Of a stretch of 64,000 nucleotides of DNA, positions 28,346 through 39,199 are shown piece by piece. The DNA comes from Actinomycetota bacterium (GTDB lineage: Bacteria > Actinomycetota > Thermoleophilia > Gaiellales > F1-60-MAGs149), in assembly GCA_026392355.1 (NCBI GenBank), contig JAPLCF010000041.1, positions 76,716 through 140,715 on the forward strand, written 5' to 3'. Under the pieces are notes generated by a model, which was not told the origin of the DNA, searched no databases, and saw only the letters and a list, made by a program, of their open reading frames with translations. Position 1 is the first letter of the stretch, and the number at the start of each line of letters is the position of its first letter. Made by a program: the position numbers and the translations under genes.

Positions 28346-29470
28346 ATGGGCCAGAAAGTTCATCCTGGCGGCCTCCGCGTCGGCATCATTCACGACTGGA
28401 AGTCGAACTGGTGCTCCGACCGCGAGTTCGCCCGCTACCTGGGTGAGGACATCAAGATCCGGGAGCACATCCACAACAAACTGAGCCATGCAGGCCTGTC
28501 GGATATTCACATCCGCAAGGACTCGCAGAAGATCACGATCGACATCTACACCGCCCGTCCGGGCATCGTCATCGGCAAGTCCGGTGTCGAGGTCGACGCC
28601 CTCCGCAAGGAGGTCCACGCGATCACCGGCCGTGCCGTGCAGATCAACATCAACGAGATCAAGCGCCCTGAGCTGGACGCGCGCCTGATGGCGCAGTCCG
28701 TCGCGGAGCAGCTGCAGAATCGCGTGGCCTTCCGCCGCGCGATGAAGCGCTCGATGCAGTCCGCTGTGCGCTCCGGCGCCCAGGGCGTCCGCATCAAGTG
28801 CGGTGGCCGCCTCGGTGGCGGCGAGATGAGCCGCACGGAGCAGTACTCGGAGGGCCGCGTGCCGCTCCAGACGCTGCGCGCTGACATCGATTACGGCTTC
28901 GCCGAGGCCAAGACCACGTACGGCCGCATTGGCGTCAAGGTCTGGATCAACAAGGGCGAGATCATGCCGGAGGGCTTCGAAGGCCACGACCAGAACGCCA
29001 CGCGTCTGGGCGAGGTCGATGCCCGTCGTCGCAAGGGTGGCGCCAAGGGTGCCATCGAAGAGCTCGGTCCCGCGCGTCCGAAGGGTCGCCGCGGCGCCCC
29101 GGGTCGCGATGGCGAGCAGCGCGGCGCCGGCGGCGACCGTGGTGATCGTCGTCCCCGTCAGGGTGGCGGCGGTCCCGGTGGTCCGAACCAGCCGCGTCTG
29201 AGCGGTCCGTCGGTTCCGGCCGGCCGTCGCGCGCGTCCCAAGCCGGAGGCTCCCGCAGTTGAGGAGACCGTGGTCGAAGAGATCATCGTCGACGAGACGC
29301 CGGTCGCCGAGGCTGCTGTGACCGAAGCTGTCGTCGAGGAGACGGTCGTCGAGACGCCCGCCGAGACGGTTGTCGAGGAGACGGTGGTCGAAGAGACCCC
29401 CACCGCCGAGGCTCCCGCCGACGAGGCGCCTGCTGACGAGACCCCTGCTGCTGAGGAGGGTGATTCCTGA
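28346..29470 (+). CDS. rpsC: 30S ribosomal protein S3 with a long C-terminal extension
   Basis: KH and S3-C domains ([14 protein letters not shown]...). These are followed by about 140 aa: first Arg/Gly-rich, then acidic ETVVEE-type repeats. 374 aa in total. Confidence 0.95.
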   Translation: MGQKVHPGGLRVGIIHDWKSNWCSDREFARYLGEDIKIREHIHNKLSHAGLSDIHIRKDSQKITIDIYTARPGIVIGKSGVEVDALRKEVHAITGRAVQININEIKRPELDARLMAQSVAEQLQNRVAFRRAMKRSMQSAVRSGAQGVRIKCGGRLGGGEMSRTEQYSEGRVPLQTLRADIDYGFAEAKTTYGRIGVKVWINKGEIMPEGFEGHDQNATRLGEVDARRRKGGAKGAIEELGPARPKGRRGAPGRDGEQRGAGGDRGDRRPRQGGGGPGGPNQPRLSGPSVPAGRRARPKPEAPAVEETVVEEIIVDETPVAEAAVTEAVVEETVVETPAETVVEETVVEETPTAEAPADEAPADETPAAEEGDS

Positions 29471-29895
29471 TGCTGATGCCACGTCGCGTCAAGCACCGCC
29501 GCGTCCATCGTGGCCGCCGCACGGGGGAGACGAAGGGCCATGCCCGCGTCACCTTCGGCGAGTACGGCCTGAAGGCGATGGGCGAGGGGTGGATTACCGC
29601 TCGTCAGATCGAGGCTGCTCGTATTGCCATGACCCGCAAGATCAAGCGCGGTGGCAAGGTCTGGATCACGATCTTCCCGGACAAGCCGGTCACCAAGAAG
29701 CCCGCCGAGACCCGCATGGGTTCGGGCAAGGGCTCGCCGGAGTTCTGGGTTGCCGTCGTGCGCCCTGGCCGCATCATGTTTGAGCTCGCTGGTGTCCCCG
29801 AGCCGCTGGCCCGCGAGGCCATGCTGCTCGCCGCCCAGAAGCTGCCGATCCAGTGCAAGTTCGTGACCCGAGAAGGTGATCTCTTTGAAGGCTAG
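29470..29895 (+). CDS. rplP: 50S ribosomal protein L16
   Basis: 141 aa: [16 protein letters not shown]... Confidence 0.97.
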   Translation: MLMPRRVKHRRVHRGRRTGETKGHARVTFGEYGLKAMGEGWITARQIEAARIAMTRKIKRGGKVWITIFPDKPVTKKPAETRMGSGKGSPEFWVAVVRPGRIMFELAGVPEPLAREAMLLAAQKLPIQCKFVTREGDLFEG

Positions 29896-30094
29896 TGAGA
29901 TCCGTGAGCTCAGCTCGGACGACGTCGCGCGCAAGGTCGCAGAGGCGCGTCAGGAGCTGTTCAACCTGCGCTTTCAGCACGCCACCGGCGCGCTGGAGAA
30001 CACGTCCAAGCTGACGGGCGTCCGCCGCGAGCTCGCTCGCCTGCTGACGATCCAGGGCGAGCAGGCCGACAAGATGGAAGGTGGAGCGTCGTGA
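29885..30094 (+). CDS. rpmC: 50S ribosomal protein L29
   Basis: A TTG start at 29885 gives the canonical (M)[10 protein letters not shown]-terminus with GAAGG 8 nt upstream. The alternative is GTG 29876, as in the track. Confidence 0.88.
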   Translation: MKASEIRELSSDDVARKVAEARQELFNLRFQHATGALENTSKLTGVRRELARLLTIQGEQADKMEGGAS

Positions 30095-30804
30095 GCGACG
30101 AGAACGAGACCCCGGACGTGGAGGAGACTCCCGTGACTGAGGCCGAGGCCGTCGCCGACGAGGCTCCCGCCGAGGAGGCTGCTCCTGAGGCTGCCGCCGA
30201 GGAGGCTGCTCCTGAGGCTGCCGCTGAGGAGGCTGCTCCTGAGGCTGCCGCTGAGGAGGCTGCTCCTGAGGCTGCCGCTGAGGAGGCTGCCGCTGAGGAG
30301 GCTGCTCCTGAGGCTGCCGCTGAGGCGGAGGCTCCTGCGGAGCCTGCATCCGAGGCTGCCGCCGAGCCCGAGGCTGAGCCCGAGCCGGTCAAGGAAAAGA
30401 AGAAGCGCCCGCCGCGCTCCAATCGTCCCCGCCGTGTCCGCACGACGGCCGAGGAGCGCACCGAGCTGCGCAAGAAGTCTGCTGCTGCGCGCAAGCGCCG
30501 CCGTGGCGAGTCGGGTGGCGGCGAGTACGTCCGCACGCCGGCCGCCGACGCCGAGCAGGGCACGCGCCGCGAGCGCCGTGGCGTCGTCACGTCCAACAAG
30601 GGCGAGAAGACGATCACCGTTCGCGTCGACGTCCTCAAGGCGCACCCCAAGTACAAGAAGATCATGCGCCGCTCGATGACTCTGCACGCGCATGACGAGC
30701 AGAACGCCGCCAATATCGGTGACATCGTCCGCGTCGTTGAGACGCGCCCGCTGTCCCGCACCAAGCGGTGGCGCCTGGTCGAGATCGTCGAGGTAGCCAA
30801 GTGA
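30091..30804 (+). CDS. rpsQ: 30S ribosomal protein S17 with a ~150-aa N-terminal extension
   Basis: The canonical S17 core ([18 protein letters not shown]...RWRLVEIVE) occupies only the last ~85 aa. There is no ATG, GTG or TTG in frame between 30091 and the core, so the extension must be translated. Confidence 0.9.
   Translation: MSDENETPDVEETPVTEAEAVADEAPAEEAAPEAAAEEAAPEAAAEEAAPEAAAEEAAPEAAAEEAAAEEAAPEAAAEAEAPAEPASEAAAEPEAEPEPVKEKKKRPPRSNRPRRVRTTAEERTELRKKSAAARKRRRGESGGGEYVRTPAADAEQGTRRERRGVVTSNKGEKTITVRVDVLKAHPKYKKIMRRSMTLHAHDEQNAANIGDIVRVVETRPLSRTKRWRLVEIVEVAK
30172..30321 (+). repeat. 27-nt in-frame tandem repeat (about 5.5 copies) inside rpsQ
   Basis: The unit gaggaggctgctcctgaggctgccgc(c/t) encodes EEAAPEAAA. 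Copies lie at 30172, 30199, 30226, 30253, a 15-nt partial at 30280, and 30295. Confidence 0.95.
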
Positions 30805-31169
30805 TCCAGCAGGAATCCCGACTCCGCGTTGCCGATAACACCGGCGCCCGCGAGATCCTCTGCATCCGCGTCCGCGGCGGCTCGCACCGCCGCTACGCAG
30901 CCGTAGGCGACATCATCGTCGCCACGGTCAAGCAGGCGACCCCGAACGGCACCGTCAAGAAGGGCGAGGTCGTCCACGCCGTAGTCGTGCGCACCACCAA
31001 GGCGCATCACCGCGACGACGGCACGAACATTCGCTTCGACGACAACGCTGCGGTCATCATCGACCCGGCCGGCAACCCGCGCGGTACGCGCATCTTCGGG
31101 CCCGTCGCCCGTGAGCTGCGCGAGAAGAACTTCATGCGCATCGTCTCGCTCGCCCCGGAGGTGCTGTGA
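30801..31169 (+). CDS. rplN: 50S ribosomal protein L14
   Basis: GTG 30801 overlaps the rpsQ stop. (M)[15 protein letters not shown]. 122 aa. Confidence 0.95.
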   Translation: MIQQESRLRVADNTGAREILCIRVRGGSHRRYAAVGDIIVATVKQATPNGTVKKGEVVHAVVVRTTKAHHRDDGTNIRFDDNAAVIIDPAGNPRGTRIFGPVARELREKNFMRIVSLAPEVL

Positions 31170-31501
31170 TGAGTGGCATCGGCATCAAGACCGGCGATAC
31201 CGTTGAGGTCATCACCGGCAAGGACCGCGGCAAGCGCGGCAAGGTTGTCTCGGCTGATCCCACGAACGAGCGCGTTGTCGTGGAGGGCCGTAACCTGGCC
31301 AAGCGCCACATGAAGCCCCGCCCGATCCCGGGTGGTCAGCAGATGGCGCCCGGCGGCATCTTCGAGCAGGAGCAGCCGCTGCGCCGCTCCAACATCATGC
31401 TCGTGTGCCCGTCGTGCGACAAGACGACGCGCGTCGGCAAGAAGGCCGACGACGCCAAGGTCCGCGTCTGCAAGCAGTGCGGAACGGAGATCGACAAGTA
31501 A
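31166..31501 (+). CDS. rplX: 50S ribosomal protein L24 (with a CxxC...CxxC pattern in its C-terminal part)
   Basis: 111 aa with KOW motif [18 protein letters not shown]. The C-terminus reads [12 protein letters not shown]...VCKQCG. Confidence 0.95.
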   Translation: MMSGIGIKTGDTVEVITGKDRGKRGKVVSADPTNERVVVEGRNLAKRHMKPRPIPGGQQMAPGGIFEQEQPLRRSNIMLVCPSCDKTTRVGKKADDAKVRVCKQCGTEIDK

Positions 31502-32064
31502 TGGCTGATATCGCTACCCACATCCCGCGGCTGAAGGAGCGCTACGAGCGCGAGCTCAAGCCGCAGCTGATCGAGAAGTTCAGTTACACGTCGTCGATGC
31601 AGGCGCCGAAGCTGGTCAAGATCACGCTGAACATGGGCGTCTCCGACGCGAAGACCGACTCGAAGGCGCTTGATCATGCCGTCGAGCAGATGACGCAGAT
31701 CGCGGGTCAGAAGCCGATCATCACGCTGGCCCGCAAGTCCATCGCCGGCTTCAAGCTGCGCGAGGGCATGCCGATTGGCTGCAAGGTCACGCTACGCGGC
31801 GAGAACATGTACGAGTTCCTTGATCGTCTCACGACGGTCGCGCTGCCTCGTATCCGCGACTTCCGCGGCATCAGCGCCAAGTCCTTCGACGGACGCGGCA
31901 ACTACTCGCTCGGCATTCGGGAGCAGATCATCTTCCCGGAGATCGACTACGACCGGATCGACCAGGTCCGGGGCATGGACATCACTATCACCACGACTGC
32001 GGCAACCGATGACGAGGCGCGCGAGCTCCTCGTGCTCTTCGGCATGCCGTTCCGAGAGGCCTGA
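31501..32064 (+). CDS. rplE: 50S ribosomal protein L5
   Basis: ATG 31501 overlaps the rplX stop. [16 protein letters not shown]... 187 aa. Confidence 0.95.
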   Translation: MADIATHIPRLKERYERELKPQLIEKFSYTSSMQAPKLVKITLNMGVSDAKTDSKALDHAVEQMTQIAGQKPIITLARKSIAGFKLREGMPIGCKVTLRGENMYEFLDRLTTVALPRIRDFRGISAKSFDGRGNYSLGIREQIIFPEIDYDRIDQVRGMDITITTTAATDDEARELLVLFGMPFREA

Positions 32065-32069
32065 GAGAT

Positions 32070-32255
32070 ATGGCGAAGACTGCTCTCCGCATGAAGGCCG
32101 CTCGCCCGGCCAAGTACAAGGTCCGCGCGTACTCGCGTTGCCAGAAGTGCGGCCGCCCGCGCGCGGTCTACAAGAAGTTCGGCCTGTGCCGCATCTGCCT
32201 CCGGCAGCTCGCGCACGAAGGCGTGATCCCCGGTATGACGAAGTCGAGCTGGTAG
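32070..32255 (+). CDS. rpsN: 30S ribosomal protein S14 type Z (zinc-binding)
   Basis: 61 aa with CQKCGRP...CRIC. Confidence 0.95.
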   Translation: MAKTALRMKAARPAKYKVRAYSRCQKCGRPRAVYKKFGLCRICLRQLAHEGVIPGMTKSSW

Positions 32256-32259
32256 CACC

Positions 32260-32655
32260 ATGGTCAACGATCCCATCGCAGACATGCTGACCCGCATCCG
32301 CAACGCCAACACGGCGCTGCACGACAAGGTCATCATGCCCACGTCCCGCAGCAAGCGCGAGATCGCACGCATCCTGCTCGAGGAGGGCTACATCGCCTCC
32401 TGGTCCGAGGAGGCCGCGACCCCGCAGCCACTGCTCGTCATCGAGCTGAAGTACGGCCGCAACCGCGAGCGCGTGATCTACGGGCTCAAGCGCGTGTCCA
32501 AGCCCGGCCGCCGCATGTACGCCCCCAAGGACCGGCTTCCCCGCGTCCTGGGCGGACTCGGCACCGCAATCATGTCCACCTCGACCGGCATCTGCACTGC
32601 CGCGGACGCCGCTAAGCGCGGCGTCGGTGGCGAAGTGCTGTGCTTCATCTGGTAA
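32260..32655 (+). CDS. rpsH: 30S ribosomal protein S8
   Basis: 131 aa: [16 protein letters not shown]... Confidence 0.97.
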   Translation: MVNDPIADMLTRIRNANTALHDKVIMPTSRSKREIARILLEEGYIASWSEEAATPQPLLVIELKYGRNRERVIYGLKRVSKPGRRMYAPKDRLPRVLGGLGTAIMSTSTGICTAADAAKRGVGGEVLCFIW

Positions 32656-32659
32656 CGCC

Positions 32660-33193
32660 ATGAGTCGCATCGGCCGCCGCATCATCACCCTCCCTGACGG
32701 AGTCACCATCGACGTCGCCCCCGGGCGCGTCACGGTCACCGGTCCCAAGGGCACCCTCGAGCAGAACATCTCGCCCGACATGACCGTCACGGTCAACGAC
32801 GGTGTGATCACGATTGGACGCCCCACCGATCGCCCGAACCATCGCGCGCTTCACGGACTCACCCGCAGCCTCCTCGCCAACATGGTCGAGGGTGTCTCGA
32901 ACGGGTACGTCAAAGAGCTCGAGATCCAGGGCGTCGGTTACCGCTGTGCTGCCCAGGGTAAGAATCTGGAGCTCGCACTCGGCTACTCCCACCCGGTCAA
33001 GTACAACGCGCCGGAGGGCATCGAGTTCGAAGTCCCGCAGCCCACGCAGATCATCATTCGCGGCATCGACAAGCAGCGCGTCGGTCAGGTCGCCAGCGAG
33101 ATCCGCAAGCTGCGTCCGCCGGAGCCGTACAAGGGCAAGGGCATTCGCTACGCGGGCGAGCATGTCGCCCGGAAGGTCGGTAAGCGCGCATGA
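32660..33193 (+). CDS. rplF: 50S ribosomal protein L6
   Basis: ATG 32660: [16 protein letters not shown]... 177 aa. Confidence 0.95.
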   Translation: MSRIGRRIITLPDGVTIDVAPGRVTVTGPKGTLEQNISPDMTVTVNDGVITIGRPTDRPNHRALHGLTRSLLANMVEGVSNGYVKELEIQGVGYRCAAQGKNLELALGYSHPVKYNAPEGIEFEVPQPTQIIIRGIDKQRVGQVASEIRKLRPPEPYKGKGIRYAGEHVARKVGKRA

Positions 33194-33537
33194 GCAAGCT
33201 CACTCCCAAGGAAGCTCGCGATCGTCGCCATCGGCGCGTTCGCGGCAAGATCACTGGTACCGCCGAGCGTCCGCGCCTGGCCGTGTTCCGCTCGAACTCG
33301 GACGTCTACGTCCAGGTCATCGACGACGTCAAGGGTCACACCCTGGCGGCGGCCGACTCGCGCGCCGTCAAGGACGGCGACAAGTCGGCCAAGGCGAAGG
33401 CCACGGGCGTCCTGATCGCCGAGCGCGCGAAGGCCGCTGGTGTCAGCAATGTTGTGTTTGACCGTGGTGGATACCTCTACCACGGACGTGTCAAAGCGCT
33501 CGCCGAAGGTGCGCGCGAGGGAGGTCTCGAGTTCTGA
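33190..33537 (+). CDS. rplR: 50S ribosomal protein L18
   Basis: 115 aa ending [26 protein letters not shown]. Confidence 0.96.
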   Translation: MSKLTPKEARDRRHRRVRGKITGTAERPRLAVFRSNSDVYVQVIDDVKGHTLAAADSRAVKDGDKSAKAKATGVLIAERAKAAGVSNVVFDRGGYLYHGRVKALAEGAREGGLEF

Positions 33538-34115
33538 TGGCTAGCCGCGTAGGTACGGATGCCCAGGGCCGCGAGCTCCACGAGCGCGTCGTCGAGATCA
33601 ACCGCGTCGCGAAGGTCGTCAAGGGCGGCCGTCGCTTCAGCTTCACCGCGCTCGTCGTGGTGGGTGACGAGATCGAGCAGGTTGGTGTCGGCTACGGCAA
33701 GGCCAACGAGGTCCCCGTCGCGATCCAGAAGGCGATCGAAGACGCGAAGAAGAACCTCTTCACGGTCCCGCGTCACCACACGACGATCACCCATGAGATC
33801 ACCGGCGTCTACGGCGCCGGCAAGGTGCTCCTCAAGCCCGCCTCGCAGGGTACCGGCGTCATCGCCGGCGCCGGCGTCCGCGCCGTGCTCGAGCTCGCGG
33901 GTATCAAGGACGTGCTGGCCAAGTCGCTTGGCACGTCGAACCCGATCAATCTTTGCCGTGCCGCCGAGGTCGCCCTGCGCAGCCTCCGCCGCCCGGAAGA
34001 GGTCGCGGCGCTTCGCGGCAAGCAGGTGCACGAGATTCTGCCCCAGGGCGGAAGCCGCAAGAAGACCGCCGACGCCGCAGCCAAGGCTGCTGCAGACGCC
34101 GAGGTGACCGCATGA
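33537..34115 (+). CDS. rpsE: 30S ribosomal protein S5
   Basis: 192 aa with [16 protein letters not shown]. Confidence 0.96.
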   Translation: MASRVGTDAQGRELHERVVEINRVAKVVKGGRRFSFTALVVVGDEIEQVGVGYGKANEVPVAIQKAIEDAKKNLFTVPRHHTTITHEITGVYGAGKVLLKPASQGTGVIAGAGVRAVLELAGIKDVLAKSLGTSNPINLCRAAEVALRSLRRPEEVAALRGKQVHEILPQGGSRKKTADAAAKAAADAEVTA

Positions 34116-34297
34116 GCTACAAGGTCACCCAGGTGAAGTCGTCGATCGGCGTCCAGAAAGAGCATCGCGGCACGCTGCGCGCGCTCGGTCTGCGCCGCAT
34201 CGGTCATTCGCGTGTCCACCAGGATTCGCCGGGCCTGCAGGGCATGCTGCATCAGGTCGGCTACCTCCTGAAGATCGAGGAGGTCGACGCCAAATGA
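34112..34297 (+). CDS. rpmD: 50S ribosomal protein L30
   Basis: ATG 34112 overlaps the rpsE stop. [27 protein letters not shown]. 61 aa. Confidence 0.92.
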   Translation: MSYKVTQVKSSIGVQKEHRGTLRALGLRRIGHSRVHQDSPGLQGMLHQVGYLLKIEEVDAK

Positions 34298-34803
34298 GCG
34301 AGCCCATTACCCTCAGCAACTTGCAGCCCGCACCGGGCGCCCAGAAGACGCGCAAGCGCGTGGGCCGCGGTAACGGCAGCGGCAACGGCAAGACTGCCGG
34401 TCGTGGCCAGAAGGGCCAGAAGTCGCGCTCGGGCAGCCACAACATGCGCCCCGGCTTCGAGGGCGGCCAGATGCCGCTCTACATGCGCACCGGCAAGCTC
34501 CGCGGTCCGCACATGAAGAAGTCGATGCCGATGGGCCCCTTCCGGACCCAGACGGAGATCGCCAACGTCGGTGCCATCGCCGAGAAGTTCCCGGCCGGCA
34601 CTGAGGTCACGCCGGAAATGCTCGTGCAGACCGGACTTCTGAGCCGCATCAAGCATCCGGTCAAGATCCTCGGCGAGGGCGACCTCGGCCATGCGCTCAC
34701 GATTCACGCGCACGGATTCTCGGCTTCGGCCAAGGCGAAGATCGAGGCCGCCGGCGGTACCGCCGTGCTGATCGAGCGCTCGGCCTCGGCCGAGTCCGAG
34801 TAG
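34294..34803 (+). CDS. rplO: 50S ribosomal protein L15
   Basis: 169 aa with [21 protein letters not shown]. Confidence 0.96.
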   Translation: MSEPITLSNLQPAPGAQKTRKRVGRGNGSGNGKTAGRGQKGQKSRSGSHNMRPGFEGGQMPLYMRTGKLRGPHMKKSMPMGPFRTQTEIANVGAIAEKFPAGTEVTPEMLVQTGLLSRIKHPVKILGEGDLGHALTIHAHGFSASAKAKIEAAGGTAVLIERSASAESE

Positions 34804-34821
34804 GACCAGTAGGCTAGGAAC

Positions 34822-36096
34822 GTGCTCGCCGCAGTCGCTAACGCCCTCCGGGTCAAGGAACTCCGCAATCGCATCCTGTTCACGGCTGCGATGTTGCTCC
34901 TGTACCGCGCGGGCTCGTGGCTGCCGACGCCCGGCGTCAACACGGCGGAGATCCAGAATCTCTTCAGCGGTGGCGCGGGCTCGACGATCCTTGGCTACCT
35001 GAACCTGTTCTCGGGTCAGGCGCTACAGAACCTGTCGTTCTTCGCGCTCGGGATCATGCCGTACATCACGGCGTCGATCATCATGCAGCTGATGACGGTG
35101 GTCGTGCCACGTCTCGAGGCGCTCCAGAAGGAGGGCGAGGCGGGGCAGAAGAAGATCACGCAGTACACGCGCTACCTCACCGTGATCCTGGCGCTACTGC
35201 AGTCGATCGGCTACGTGATCCTGTTTCACAACGGTTCGGTGCTCGGCGGCTCGAACTCGCTGACGAGCCTTACGCCGCGCTCGTTCATCCTGATCGTCGT
35301 CACCCTGACGGCAGGCACCACGGTGCTGATGTGGATGGGCGAGCTGATCACGCAGCGCGGCATCGGTAATGGCCAGTCGTTGCTGATTTTCGCGTCGATC
35401 CTGACGTCGCTGCCCGTCGGCGTCCGCGCCTGGGCCAGCTCGGGCACGTTCCAGCGCCTCAGCCTGCCGATCATCGTGCTCGCCGTGATTGTGGCGGTCG
35501 TGTACGTCAACGAGGGCCAGCGTCGCATCCCGATCCAATACGCCAAACGCATGGTTGGCCGCCGCATGACCACGGGCGGGTCGACGTATATGCCGCTGCG
35601 CGTCAACATGGCGGGCGTGATCCCGGTGATCTTCGCGGTCGCAGTGTTGTTCCTGCCGCCGACGATCGGCCAGCTGGTGCCGGGTCTCAACTTCCTTGCC
35701 GACTGGTTCGCGCCAACGTCGTGGGCGTCACTCATCCTTGAGTTCGGCCTGATCGTGATGTTCTCGTTCTTCTATACGGCGGTGCAGTTCAATCCGTCAG
35801 AGCAGGCCGAGAATCTCAAGAAGAACGGCGGGTTCATTCCCGGCGTCCGTCCTGGCCGCCCCACGGCGCAGTACCTTGATCGCGTGATGACGCGCCTGAC
35901 GCTGCCTGGCGCGATCTTTCTCGGCACGATTGCCATCGCACCAACCATCTTCATCAAGTACGCCGGCTTCTCGCAGGCTGTCGGTCAGGCACTCGGCGGT
36001 ACGTCGATCCTGATCGTCGTGGGCGTCGCACTCGACACCATGCGCCAGATGGAATCGCAGGTGATGATGCGGCACTACGAGGGTTTCCTGAAGTAG
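34822..36096 (+). CDS. secY: Preprotein translocase subunit SecY
   Basis: 424 aa with 10 TM helices, in the canonical position after rplO. Confidence 0.96.
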   Translation: MLAAVANALRVKELRNRILFTAAMLLLYRAGSWLPTPGVNTAEIQNLFSGGAGSTILGYLNLFSGQALQNLSFFALGIMPYITASIIMQLMTVVVPRLEALQKEGEAGQKKITQYTRYLTVILALLQSIGYVILFHNGSVLGGSNSLTSLTPRSFILIVVTLTAGTTVLMWMGELITQRGIGNGQSLLIFASILTSLPVGVRAWASSGTFQRLSLPIIVLAVIVAVVYVNEGQRRIPIQYAKRMVGRRMTTGGSTYMPLRVNMAGVIPVIFAVAVLFLPPTIGQLVPGLNFLADWFAPTSWASLILEFGLIVMFSFFYTAVQFNPSEQAENLKKNGGFIPGVRPGRPTAQYLDRVMTRLTLPGAIFLGTIAIAPTIFIKYAGFSQAVGQALGGTSILIVVGVALDTMRQMESQVMMRHYEGFLK

Positions 36097-36749
36097 TGCC
36101 GGGCGCGTACCTCATCTTCGGCCCACCTGGAGCCGGAAAGGGAACCCAGGCGCCGCGTCTCGCAGAGCGCCTCGCGATCCCGCACATCTCGACCGGCGAC
36201 ATCCTGCGCGCCAACGTCAAGGGCGGTACGCCGCTCGGTGTCGAGGCCAAGGGCTACATGGACGCGGGCGATCTTGTCCCCGACGAGCTCGTCGTGCGCA
36301 TGCTTGGCGATCGCCTGGCCGAGGCCGACGCTGCCAGCGGGTTCCTGCTCGACGGTTTCCCACGCAATGTCGCGCAGGCCGACGCGCTCGATGCGATGCT
36401 CGCCGAGCGGGGGAGTCCCCTCGACTGCGTGCTCGTGCTCAACGTGCCCGAGGAAGAGGTGGTCACACGCATCTCTGGCCGCCTCACCGCGCAGAACGGC
36501 CGTGTCTACCACGAGGTCTACGACCCGCCGCAGACGCCCGGCATCGACGACGATGAGGGCCTGCCACTGATCCGCCGCGCCGACGACGAGGCCGATGTAG
36601 TGCGCAACCGCTACCGCAACGTCTATCTCGCCCAGACGCTGCCGGTGCGCGAGCACTACCAGCAGGTTGGCGTGCGCGAGGTCGTGATCGACGGTCTCGG
36701 TTCCACCGACGAGGTCGCCGCACGGATCGACGCGGCGCTGCCCGCGTGA
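36096..36749 (+). CDS. adk: Adenylate kinase (LID without the Cys4 zinc site)
   Basis: 217 aa with P-loop GPPGAGKGTQ and motifs ISTGDILR and DGFPR. Confidence 0.95.
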   Translation: MPGAYLIFGPPGAGKGTQAPRLAERLAIPHISTGDILRANVKGGTPLGVEAKGYMDAGDLVPDELVVRMLGDRLAEADAASGFLLDGFPRNVAQADALDAMLAERGSPLDCVLVLNVPEEEVVTRISGRLTAQNGRVYHEVYDPPQTPGIDDDEGLPLIRRADDEADVVRNRYRNVYLAQTLPVREHYQQVGVREVVIDGLGSTDEVAARIDAALPA

Positions 36750-37525
36750 TCCACCGTAAATCCGCGCGCGACCTCGACCGCATGGCCGCGGCGGGGGCGA
36801 TCGTCGCCGAGACGCTGGCCCTGCTGGCCGAAGCCGCCCGCCCGGGCATGTCGACGCTCGATCTCGACCAGATCGCCGAGGGGCACATTCGCGCCTCGGG
36901 TGGTGTGCCGACGTTCAAGGGCTATCGCGGCTTTCCTGGGTCGATCTGCGCCTCGCCAAACACGATGATCGTGCATGGCATTCCGAGCGATGAGATCGTG
37001 CTCGCCGATGGCGACATCATCTCGATCGACGTCGGCGTGACGCGCCAGGGCTTCGTTGGCGACTCCGCTGTGACGATTGCCGTCGGCGAGGTACCGGAGC
37101 ACACCAAGGAGCTGCTGCGCACGTGTCAGGCGTCGCTGCACGCCGCGGTAGAGGTCTGCCAGGTCGGCGGGCGTCTTGGCGATATCGGGGCGGCCGTACA
37201 GGGCGTAGTGGAGGGGAATGGCTTCGCCGTCGTGCGCGACCTCGTCGGCCACGGCGTGGGGCGCTCCATGCACGAGGATCCGCAGGTCAAGAACTACGGC
37301 GAGGCAGGCACAGGCGGGGAGCTCAAGGCCGGGATGACGCTCGCGATCGAACCGATGATCACGGATGGCTCCTACGAGATCCACATTGATGACGACGGGT
37401 GGTCGATCTTCACCGTCGACGACTCCCTCGCAGCGCACTTCGAGCACACCGTTGCCATCACCGAGGATGGGCCCCGGGTCCTGACGCTCGCAAACGGCTC
37501 ATCCATCGTCAACCAGGCGATCTGA
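36746..37525 (+). CDS. map: Type I methionine aminopeptidase
   Basis: 259 aa with metal ligands in the contexts [12 protein letters not shown] and EPM. Confidence 0.95.
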   Translation: MIHRKSARDLDRMAAAGAIVAETLALLAEAARPGMSTLDLDQIAEGHIRASGGVPTFKGYRGFPGSICASPNTMIVHGIPSDEIVLADGDIISIDVGVTRQGFVGDSAVTIAVGEVPEHTKELLRTCQASLHAAVEVCQVGGRLGDIGAAVQGVVEGNGFAVVRDLVGHGVGRSMHEDPQVKNYGEAGTGGELKAGMTLAIEPMITDGSYEIHIDDDGWSIFTVDDSLAAHFEHTVAITEDGPRVLTLANGSSIVNQAI

Positions 37526-37637
37526 TGGGTATGACGCACCTGTTCGAAATGCTCTGCTACGGTGCCCCTCCGCGCACCGGTGCGGCCATTCGGCCTGCCC
37601 TGCGCACAGTCCTATCCGATTCACACCCGAGGGTTTC

Positions 37638-37751
37638 ATGAAGGTCCGACCGAGCGTCAAGCCGATGTGCGACAAGTGCCGAGTGATCAAGCGCTCTGGC
37701 ATTGTCCATGTGATCTGCACGAATCCCCGTCATAAGCAGCGTCAGGGGTAG
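37638..37751 (+). CDS. rpmJ: 50S ribosomal protein L36
   Basis: 37-aa ORF below the track threshold: [37 protein letters not shown]. Confidence 0.93.
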   Translation: MKVRPSVKPMCDKCRVIKRSGIVHVICTNPRHKQRQG

Positions 37752-37754
37752 TCA

Positions 37755-38126
37755 GTGGCACGCATTGCCGGAGTCAACATCCCTCGGGAGAAGCGCGTCG
37801 AGATCGGCCTGACGTACATCTACGGGATCGGTCGCTCGACCGCCCAGAGCGTCTGCAAGGAGCTCGGGATCGAGTCGCACCAGAAGGTGCGCGACCTCAC
37901 GGACGAGGAAGTTGCACGACTCCGCGCGTACATCGACGCCAACGTCCAGGTCGAAGGCGACCTGCGCCGTGAGCGCTCGGCAAATATCAAGCGTCTGATG
38001 GAGATTGGCTGCTACCGCGGCATTCGCCATCGCCGTGGCCTCCCGGTCAACGGTCAGCGCACGAAGACCAATGCTCGTACCCGTAAGGGTCCGAAGAAGA
38101 CCGTCTCGCGCGGCCGCAAGGGTTAA
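37755..38126 (+). CDS. rpsM: 30S ribosomal protein S13
   Basis: 123 aa with a GTG start: (M)[16 protein letters not shown]... Confidence 0.96.
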   Translation: MARIAGVNIPREKRVEIGLTYIYGIGRSTAQSVCKELGIESHQKVRDLTDEEVARLRAYIDANVQVEGDLRRERSANIKRLMEIGCYRGIRHRRGLPVNGQRTKTNARTRKGPKKTVSRGRKG

Positions 38127-38146
38127 GGAAAGGACTCTCCAACTTC

Positions 38147-38557
38147 ATGGCACCTCCTCGTCGATCTGGTGGCAGCACTCGCGGCCGCACGCGCCGCAAG
38201 GTGCGCAAGAACGTGGCCGTTGGCCAGGCGCACATCAAGACGTCGTTCAACAATACGATCGTCGCGCTGACCGACAAGGAAGGCAATGTCCTGGCGTGGA
38301 AGAGCGCTGGCGCTGCCGGCTTCAAGGGCTCGCGCAAGTCGACGCCCTTCGCCGCTCAGGTGACCGCCGATCTCTGCGCCCGCGAGGGCATGGAGCACGG
38401 CCTCCAGAAGATCGAGGTCTTCCTCAAGGGCCCCGGTTCGGGTCGCGAAACCGCCATGCGCTCCCTGCAGGCTGCCGGTCTCGAGATCATCGGCGTCCGC
38501 GACGTGTCCCCGCAGGCCCACAACGGTTGCCGCGCCCGCAAGCGGCGCCGCGTCTAG
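38147..38557 (+). CDS. rpsK: 30S ribosomal protein S11
   Basis: 136 aa with [15 protein letters not shown]. Confidence 0.96.
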   Translation: MAPPRRSGGSTRGRTRRKVRKNVAVGQAHIKTSFNNTIVALTDKEGNVLAWKSAGAAGFKGSRKSTPFAAQVTADLCAREGMEHGLQKIEVFLKGPGSGRETAMRSLQAAGLEIIGVRDVSPQAHNGCRARKRRRV

Positions 38558-38570
38558 GAGCAGCTGAGTA

Positions 38571-39191
38571 ATGGCCCGCGTTACCGATCCCAAGTGCCGT
38601 CAGTGTCGCCGTGAGGGCGTCAAGCTCTTCCTCAAGGGCGAGCGCTGCCTGACCGAGAAGTGCGCCGTCGAGCGCCGCTCGTACCCGCCGGGCCAGCATG
38701 GCCGCGGTCGCATCAAGCAGTCCGAGTACCTGCTGCAGCTGCGTGAGAAGCAGAAGGCCCGCCGCTACTACGGCGTCCTCGAGAAGCAGTTCCGCAATTA
38801 CTACAAGAAGGCGTCGCGTCGCCAGGGCATCACCGGCGAGGAGCTCCTTCGCCTGCTCGAGATGCGCCTCGACAACGTCGTCTACCGGCTCGGCTTCGCC
38901 GCGTCGCGTGCCCAGGCTCGTCAGCTGGTGCGCCACGGCCACTTCCATATCAATGGCCGCCGGGTCAATATCCCCTCGTACCAGGTCCGCGCCGACGACA
39001 TCGTCTCGCTGCGCCCCGGTGCAGCCGGTGAGGCCGCGGTGCGCAGCGCCACCGACCTCACCGCGTCGGTTGCCAACTGGCTCCAGGCCGACCATGACAA
39101 CCTCACGGGCAAGGTGCTCCGCATGCCTGACCGTGACGAGATCGATACCCCTGTCCAAGAGCAGCTGATCGTGGAGCTGTATTCGAAGTGA
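38571..39191 (+). CDS. rpsD: 30S ribosomal protein S4
   Basis: 206 aa with an S4 RNA-binding domain. Confidence 0.96.
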   Translation: MARVTDPKCRQCRREGVKLFLKGERCLTEKCAVERRSYPPGQHGRGRIKQSEYLLQLREKQKARRYYGVLEKQFRNYYKKASRRQGITGEELLRLLEMRLDNVVYRLGFAASRAQARQLVRHGHFHINGRRVNIPSYQVRADDIVSLRPGAAGEAAVRSATDLTASVANWLQADHDNLTGKVLRMPDRDEIDTPVQEQLIVELYSK

Positions 39192-39199
39192 GCACCCGC

